Origin: an uncultured Alphaproteobacteria bacterium | GTDB lineage: Bacteria > Pseudomonadota > Alphaproteobacteria > ATCC43930 > CGMCC-115725 | Assembly: GCA_963789275.1 (NCBI GenBank) | Contig: CAWBKF010000014.1 | Location: forward strand, 15,240-79,239 | Direction: 5' to 3' | DNA length: 64,000 bases | Part shown: positions 23,923 to 32,300 of the stretch, in pieces | Numbering within the stretch: the stretch's first letter is position 1 | How the letters are laid out: each line of letters starts with the position of its first letter | The notes under the pieces: model-generated | What the model was told of the DNA's origin: nothing | Databases searched by the model: none | The model's input: only the letters and a program-made list of their open reading frames with translations | Made by a program: the position numbers and the translations under genes

Positions 23923-26900
23923 TCAGGCCAGGGCGGCGGTCTGCGTCGTCGTCAGCGCCGAGATCTGGAAAAAGGTCAGGCTGTTGACCTGGGTGGCGGT
24001 GAACGCCCCGAGCTGGGTGGTGGTGAGCGCTGCGAGCTGGGCCGGGAGGAATCCCGGGAGCTGCGTCGCGGCGATGGCCCCGATTTCCGTCGCGGTCAGC
24101 CCCGCGAGCTGACCCGGCGCGAGCTCGCCGATCCCCGTCGCGGTGAAGCCGCCGAGCTGCGTCGTGCTGAGCGCGCCGAGCTGCGTCGCGGTCAGGCCGG
24201 CGACCTGCGTCGGATTGAAAGCGCTGATTTGGGTCGCCGTCACCGCCGCAAGCTGCGTCGTGTTGAGCCCGCCGACCTGCACCGGCGTCAGCGCTTCGCT
24301 CTCGGTCGTCGTCAGCGAAGAGACCTGCTGCAACGTCAAGCTGATGACCTGGTTGAAGGTAAGCGCGCCGAGCTGCGTCGTGGTGAGCGACGCGAGCTGG
24401 CTCGAGACCAAGCCCGTGAGCTGCGTCGGAGCGATGATACCGACCTCCGTCACGGTCAGGCCACCGAGCTGCGTCGCCGTGAGACCGCCGAACTGCGTCT
24501 GCGGTGAGGCCCGTGAGCTGGGCCGGGCTCAGGGCGCCGATTTGCGTCGCGGTGAGCCTGCCAGTCTGCGTCGCGCTCAGCGCGCCGATCTCGGTCGCCG
24601 TCAGGCCGGTGATTTGCGTCGTCGGGTCGAGAGCGCCGATCTCGGCTCGCGGTGAACCCGCCGATTTGCGTCGCGGAGAGGACGCCAAGCTGCGTCGCGC
24701 TCAAAGCCTCGAGCTGCGTGGTCGAGAGCGCGCCGAGCTGAGGCGCGCTGAGGCCGCCGGCCTGCGTCGTGCTGAGGGCGCTGATCGCGGTGGTGGCGAG
24801 GCCGCCGATTTGCGTCGTCGACAGGGCGCCGAGTTGCGCCGGTGTGAGCCCCGCGGCCTGCGCCGTGGTGAGGACGCTGAGCTCGGTGGTGCTGAACCCG
24901 CCGATTTGCGTCGTTGACAGGGCACCGAGTTGCGTTGCCGTGAGCGCGCCGGCCTCGGTCGCGCCGAGGGCGCCGATCTCGGTCGCGGTCAGGCCACCGA
25001 CCTGCGTCACGGAGAGCGCGCCGATCTCGGTCGCGGTGAGCGCGCCGGCCTGGGTCGCGGTCAGCGCGCCGAGCTGCGTCGCCGTCAGGCCTTTGACCTG
25101 CGTCGTGGTCAGCCCGCCGAGCTGGGTCGCGGTTAGCGCGCCGAGCTGGGTCGAGCTCAGCGAGCCAAGCTGCGCCGCCGTCAGGCCGGGGGATTGCGTC
25201 GTCGGGTCCAACGCGCCGATCTCGGTCGCCGTGAGGCCGCCGATCTCGGTCGTGCTGAGGACGCCGAGCTGGGTCGCGCTGAGCGCGCCGGCCTCGGTCG
25301 CGGTGAGCGCGCCGAGCTGCGTCGCCGTCAGGCCCTGGACCTGCGCCGTGCTCAGAGCGCCGATCTCGGTCGCGGAGAAACCGCCGAGCTGGGTCGCCGG
25401 ATCGAGCGCGCCGAGCTGCGTCGCGGTGAGCGCGCCGAGCTGCGTCGCCGTCAGGCCGCCGATCTCGGTCGCCGTCAAGCCGCCGATCTCGCCCGTGCTG
25501 AGGGCGCCGATTTGTGTCGCCGTGAGCGCACCGGCTTGCGTCGCGGTGAGCGCGCCGATCTCGGTCGCGGTCAGGCCGCCAACCTGCGTCGCGCTGAGGG
25601 CACCGATCTCAGTTGCCGTCAGGGCGCCGGCTTGGGTTGCGCCGAGCTCGCCGATCTCCGTCGCGGTCAGGCCCTCGACCTGCGTCACGGTCAGGCCGCC
25701 AAGCTGGGTCGCGGTCAGCGCGCCGAGCTGCGTTGCGGTCAGCGCGCCCAGCTGCGCCGCGGTCAGACCAGGGCGATTGCGTCGTCGGATCGAACGCGCC
25801 GAGCTCGGTCGTGGTGAGCCCGCCGATCGCCGTCGTGCTGAGCGCGCCGAGCTCGGTCGCGGTGAGCGCGACAGCCTGGGTCGCGGTCAGCGCGCCAAGC
25901 TGCGTCGCCGTCAGGCCTGTGACCTGCGCCGTGCCCAGGGCGCCGATTTGCGTCGCGGAGAGACCGCCGAGCTGCGTCGACGCGCTGAGCGTGCCGAGCT
26001 GCGTCGCGGTGAGCGCGCCGAGCTGCGTCGCCGTCAGGCCGGCGATCTCGGTCGTATCGAGACCGCCGACCTCCGTTGTGGTGAGCGCGCCGATTTGCGT
26101 CGCCGTGAGCGCGCCGGCCTGTGTCGTCGAGAGGGCGCCGATATCGGCCGCCGTCAGGCCGTCGACTTGCGTCGCGGTGAGCGCGCCGATCTGCGTCGCG
26201 GTCAGGACGCCGACCTGCGTCACGCTGAGGCCGCCCAGCTGTGCCGCGGTGAGGCCGTTGACCTGGGTTGTGGTGAGTCCGCCCAGCTGCGTCAGGCCGA
26301 AGCCGCCGACCTGTGTGACCGTAAGCCCGCCGATTTGCGCCGCCGTAAGGGCGCCGGCCTGCGTCGTGACAAGGGCGCCGACCTGGGTTGCGCTGAACCC
26401 GCCGAGCTGCGTCGCGGTCAGAGCGCCGATTTGAGCGGCGGTGAGCGCGCCGGCCTGCGTCGTGGTGAAAGCACCGAGTTCCGTCGCGGTCACGCCCTTG
26501 ACCTGTGCCACGGTGAATGCGCCGATCTGGGTCGCCGTAACGCCGGCAAGCTGCGTCGTGGTGAGGGCGCCGATCTGCGTCGCGATCAGGCCGCCGACCT
26601 GCGCCGCGGTGAGGCCGCCAATCTCGGTCGCGCTGAGCCCGGCCGCCTGCGTCGTCGTCAGCAAGCCGATCTGCGCCGCGGTGAGCGCGCCAGCCTGCGT
26701 CGCGGAGAATCCGCCGAGATCCGTCGCGGTCAGGCCTTCGACCTGGACCGTGCCGAGGGCACCGATCTGCGTCGCGGTCAGCGCGTCGGTCTGCGTCGCC
26801 GTCAAGCTGCCGAATTGCGTCGTGGAGAGGCTGTCGACCTGCGCCGCGGTGAGGCCGCTGATTTCAGTCGTGGTGAGCGCGCCGAGCTGCGTTACGGCAA

Positions 26901-29151
26901 GCGCACCGATTTGCGCCGCGGTGAGGCCACCGGCCTGGGTCGCGGTGAGGCCGCCAACCTCCGTCGTCGTGAGGGCGCCGATCTGCGTCGTGCTGAGCGC
27001 GCCGATCGCCGCCGCCGTGAGGCCGCCGGCCTGCGTCGTGCTGAGCGCCCCAACCTCCGTCGTGGTCAGGCCCTTGACCTGCACCGCGCTCACGGCACCG
27101 ATTTGCGTCGCGGTGAGCCCGTCGAGCTGGGTTTGCGGGTCGAGCGCGCCGAGCTGCGTCGCGGTCAGGCCGCCGACCTGCGTGGTCGTCAGACCGGCGA
27201 TCTCGGTCACGGAGAGCCCGGCGAGCTGCGTCGTCGTCAGCGCGCCGATTTGTGGCGCCGTGAGCGCGCCGGCTTGCGTCGTGCTGAACGCGCCGATTTC
27301 GGAGACGGTCAGGCCCTTGATCTGTGTCGCGGTGAGCGCGCCGATTTGCGATCGCCGTGAGCGCGCCGGCTTGCGTCGTGGTGAGCGCGCCGATCGCGGT
27401 CGCGGTCAAGCCCTTGACCTGCGTCGCGGTCAGCCCCGTGATCTCAGTCGCGGTGAGCGCACCGGCCTGCGTCGCGGTGAACGCGCCAAGCTGCGTCGCG
27501 GTGAGGCCGGTGGATTGCGTCGTCGGATCGAGCGCCCCGATTTCGGTGGCGGTGAAGCCGCCGATCTGCGTCGCCGTGAGTGCGCCGATTTGCGTTGCCG
27601 TCAGGGCAGCGGCCTGCGTGGTGCTGAGCCCGCCAAGCTCCGTCGCGGTCAAGCCCTTGACCTGCGCGGCGCTCAGGGCACCGATTTGCGTCGCCGACAA
27701 CTCCGCCAAGCTGCGTCTGCGGGTCGAGCGCGCCGAGCTGCGTCGCGGTCAGGCCACCGACCTGCGTCGTCGTCAGACCGGCTATCTCGGTCGCGGTGAG
27801 CCCGGTGACCTGCGTCGTGGTCAGCGCACCGATTTGCGTCACCGTAAGCGCGGCGGCCTGCGTCGTGCTGAGCGCGCCTAGCTCCGTCGCGGTCAAGCCC
27901 TTGATCTGCGTCGTGCTGAACGCACCGGTTTGGGTCGCCGTCAGCGCGCCGGCCTGCGTCGTGCTGAGCGCGCCAATAGCGGTGGCGGTCAAGCCCTTGA
28001 CCTGGGTCACGGTCAGCCCGGTGATCTCGGTCGCGGTCAGCGCGCCGATCTGCGTCGTGGTGAAGGCGCCGAGCTGCGTCGCGGTCAGGCCGGGGGATTG
28101 CGTCGTCGGGTCGAGCGCACCGATCGCGGTGGTGGTGAGCCCGCCGACCTGCGTGGTGGTCAGCGCAGCGATTTGCGTCGCCGTCAGGGCGCTGACCTGC
28201 GTGGTGCTGAGCCCGCCAAGCTCGGTCGCGGTCAGGCCCTTGACCTGCGCGGCGCTCAGGGCACCGATTTGCGTCGCCGACAACCCGCCAAGCTGCGTCT
28301 GCGGGTCGAGCGCCCCGAGCTGGGTCGCGGTGAAGCCGCCGACCTGTGTCGTCGTCAGGCCGGTTATCTCGGTCGCGGTGAGCCCGGTGACCTGCGTCGT
28401 GGTCAGCGCGCCGATTTGCGTCGCCGTAAGCGCGCCGGCCTGCGTCGCGCTGAGCGCGCCGAGCTCCGTCGCGGTCAAGCCCTTGATCTGCGTCGTGCTG
28501 AGCGCACCGGTTTGGGTCGCGGTCAGGGCGCCGGCCTGCGTCGTGCTGAGTGCGCCAATAACAGTTCGCGGTCAAGCCCTTGACCTGGGTGACGGTAAGC
28601 CCGGTGATCTCGGTCGCGGTCAGCGCGCCGATCTGCGTCGTGGTGAAAGAGCCGATCTGCGTCGCGGTAAGGCCGGTGGACTGCGTCGTCGGATCGAGAG
28701 CGCTGATCTCGGTCGCCGTGAGCCCACCGATCTGCGTCGTGGTGAGCGCGCCGATATCGGTCGCCGTCAGGGCGGCCACCTGCGTCGCGCTGAAGGCACC
28801 GATCTCGGTCGCGGTCAAGCCCTTGACCTGGCTCGCGCCCAAAGCACCCAGCTGGGTCGCGTCGAGGCCCGCCACTTGCGCCGCCGTGAGGGCACCGAGC
28901 TGCGCCGCGCTCAGGCTGACGAGCTGCCAGGTGGCCAGCGTATCGAAGGCCGTGGCGGTCAGCGCGGCAATGGCCGTGATACTGATCTGAGGAAGCTGAG
29001 TGGTATTGAGTGCGTCCACTTCGGTGGACGTGGCGACGGCAGCTTGCGCGGCGTCGATCGCCTGTACGTCAGTGACAGCGAAGCGCTGTACCGCGGTCGC
29101 CGACAGGCCGGCGAATTGGGCCGGCGTTACATAGGCGATGAGCGAGGTCAT
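23923..29151 (-). pseudogene. giant Thr/Ser-rich octapeptide-repeat protein, paralogue 1, interrupted by at least 6 small indels
   Basis: GGAG lies 8 nt before ATG 29151. The N-terminus MTSLIAYVTPAQFAGLSATAVQRFAVTDVQ... is 71/120 identical (my count) to the intact neighbour. The repeat frame hops through track ORFs 27673..29151, 27444..28478, 26864..27709, 25609..27210, 24456..25688, 23222..24688 (N-terminal part) and 23923..24453. Switch points are near 28562, 27702, 27351, 25770, 24646 and 24505. Confidence 0.75.
27100..28900 (-). repeat. roughly 600-bp (about 25 octads) higher-order repeat, about 3 diverged copies inside paralogue 1
   Basis: Blocks starting at about 27127, 27712 and 28305 (caagctgcgtctgcgggtcgagcgc...) align with each other by eye, with scattered substitutions. 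They are much more diverged than the array in paralogue 2. Confidence 0.6.
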
Positions 29152-29312
29152 TGCATATGCTCCGCGCTCGGAGGGTCAGGCGGCGGCGTTTGCCGCCGCG
29201 AGGCCCGGCTGCGGAAATCCGTTGCCGCCGACACTGCGCCTGCCTCTCGAACCGGCACGCGGGACCGTTGCTCGATCTCGCGCACCCCGCGACCAGGGTC
29301 GCGGCCGACCGA

Positions 29313-32300
29313 TCACACCAGGGAGTCGAGCTGCGCCGTCGACAGGCTCCCGACCTGGGTTGAGTTGAAGCCACCGATCTGGGTGACGGTGAACGTCGCT
29401 AGCTGCGTTGTGGTCAGGCTCTGGATCTGCGCCGTGCCAAGTTCGGTGATCTCGCTCGCCGTCAGGCCCTTGATCTGCGCCGTGGTGAGCGCCTGGACCT
29501 GCGCCGTCGTCAGCGCGTTGAGCGCCGCCGAGCTGAGACTGCTGATCTCGGCCGTGGTGAGGCCGGTGATCTGCGTCGCCGTGCTCAGCGACTGGATCTG
29601 CGCGCTGGTCAGGCCGCCGATGGCGGTCGTCGTCAGCGCCCCGATATCCTGCGAGGTCAGCCCGGTGAGCTGCGTCGCCGCGCTGAACGCGTTGACCTGG
29701 GTCGAGGTCAGGCCCTTGACCTGCGTCGTGCTCAGCGCCCCGATCTGCGCCGAGGTCAGCGCCGCCGTGTTCAGGCTCGGCAGCTGCGCCGCCGTCAGCC
29801 CGGTGACCTGCGTCGCCGTGCTCAGCGCCTGGATCTGCGCCGAGGTCAGGCCGCCGATCTGCGTCGCGTTGAGCGCGCCGATCTGCTGCGAGGTCAGCCC
29901 GTCCACCTGCGTCGCCGTGGCGAGCGCGGTGATCTCCGAGGCGGTGAAGCCGGCGATCTGCGCCGTCGTCAGCGCCCCGATATCCTGCGAGGTCAGCCCG
30001 GTCAGCTGCGTCGCCGTGCTCAGCGCGCCGATCTCGGTCGTGCTCAGGCCCTTGACCTGCGCCGTGCTCAGCGCCCCGATCTGCGCCGAGGTCAGCGCCG
30101 CCGTGTTCAGGCTCGGCAGCTGCGTCGCCGTCAGCCCGGTGAGCTGCGTCGCCGTGCTCAGCGCCTGGATCTGCGCGCTGCTCAGGCCGCCGATCTGCGT
30201 CGTCGTCAGCGCCCCGATATCCTGCGAGGTCAGCCCGGTCAGCTGCGTCGCCGCGCTGAACGCGTTGATCTGGGTCGAGGTCAGACCCTTGACCTGCGTC
30301 GTGCTCAGCGCCCCGATCTGCGCCGAGGTCAGCGCCGCCGTGTTCAGGCTCGGCAGCTGCGCCGCCGTCAGCCCGGTGACCTGCGTCGCCGTGCTCAGCG
30401 CCTGGATCTGCGCCGAGGTCAGGCCGCCGATCTGCGTCGCGTTGAGCGCGCCGATCTGCTGCGAGGTCAGCCCGTCCACCTGCGTCGCCGTGGCGAGCGC
30501 GGTGATCTCCGAGGCGGTGAAGCCGGCGATCTGCGCCGTCGTCAGCGCCCCGATATCCTGCGAGGTCAGCCCGGTCAGCTGCGTCGCCGTGCTCAGCGCG
30601 CCGATCTCGGTCGTGCTCAGGCCCTTGACCTGCGCCGTGCTCAGCGCCCCGATCTGCGCCGAGGTCAGCGCCGCCGTGTTCAGGCTCGGCAGCTGCGTCG
30701 CCGTCAGCCCGGTGAGCTGCGTCGCCGTGCTCAGCGCCTGGATCTGCGCGCTGCTCAGGCCGCCGATCTGCGTCGTCGTCAGCGCCCCGATATCCTGCGA
30801 GGTCAGCCCGGTCAGCTGCGTCGCCGCGCTGAACGCGTTGATCTGGGTCGAGGTCAGGCCCTTGACCTGCGTCGTGCTCAGCGCCCCGATCTGCGCCGAG
30901 GTCAGCGCCGCCGTGTTCAGGCTCGGCAGCTGCGCCGCCGTCAGCCCGGTGACCTGCGTCGCCGTGCTCAGCGCCTGGATCTGCGCCGAGGTCAGGCCGC
31001 CGATCTGCGTCGCGTTGAGCGCGCCGATCTGCTGCGAGGTCAACCCGTCCACCTGCGTCGCCGTGGCGAGCGCGGTGATCTCCGAGGCGGTGAAGCCGGC
31101 GATCTGCGCCGTCGTCAGCGCCCCGATATCCTGCGAGGTCAGCCCGGTCAGCTGCGTCGCCGTGCTCAGCGCGCCGATCTCGGTCGTGCTCAGGCCCTTG
31201 ACCTGCGCCGTGCTCAGCGCCCCGATCTGCGCCGAGGTCAGCGCCGCCGTGTTCAGGCTCGGCAGCTGCGTCGCCGTCAGCCCGGTGAGCTGCGTCGCCG
31301 TGCTCAGCGCCTGGATCTGCGCGCTGCTCAGGCCGCCGATCTGCGTCGTCGTCAGCGCCCCGATATCCTGCGAGGTCAGCCCGGTCAGCTGCGTCGCCGC
31401 GCTGAACGCGTTGATCTGGGTCGAGGTCAGACCCTTGACCTGCGTCGTGCTCAGCGCCCCGATCTGCGCCGAGGTCAGCGCCGCCGTGTTCAGGCTCGGC
31501 AGCTGCGCCGCCGTCAGCCCGGTGACCTGCGTCGCCGTGCTCAGCGCCTGGATCTGCGCCGAGGTCAGGCCGCCGATCTGCGTCGCGTTGAGCGCGCCGA
31601 TCTGCTGCGAGGTCAACCCGTCCACCTGCGTCGCCGTGGCGAGCGCGGTGATCTCCGAGGCGGTGAAGCCGGCGATCTGCGCCGTCGTCAGCGCCCCGAT
31701 ATCCTGCGAGGTCAGCCCGGTCAGCTGCGTCGCCGTGCTCAGCGCGCCGATCTCGGTCGTGCTCAGGCCCTTGACCTGCGCCGTGCTCAGCGCCCCGATC
31801 TGCGCCGAGGTCAGCGCCGCCGTGTTCAGGCTCGGCAGCTGCGTCGCCGTCAGCCCGGTCAGCTGCGTCGCCGTGCTCAGCGCCTGGATCTGCGCGCTGC
31901 TCAGGCCGCCGATCTGCGTCGTCGTCAGCGCCCCGATATCCTGCGAGGTCAGCCCGGTCAGCTGCGTCGCCGCGCTGAACGCGTTGATCTGGGTCGAGGT
32001 CAGACCCTTGACCTGCGTCGTGCTCAGCGCCCCGATCTGCGCCGAGGTCAGCGCCGCCGTGTTCAGGCTCGGCAGCTGCGCCGCCGTCAGCCCGGTGACC
32101 TGCGTCGCCGTGCTCAGCGCCTGGATCTGCGCCGAGGTCAGGCCGCCGATCTGCGTCGCGTTGAGCGCGCCGATCTGCTGCGAGGTCAACCCGTCCACCT
32201 GCGTCGCCGTGGCGAGCGCGGTGATCTCCGAGGCGGTGAAGCCGGCGATCTGCGCCGTCGTCAGCGCCCCGATATCCTGCGAGGTCAGCCCGGTCAGCTG

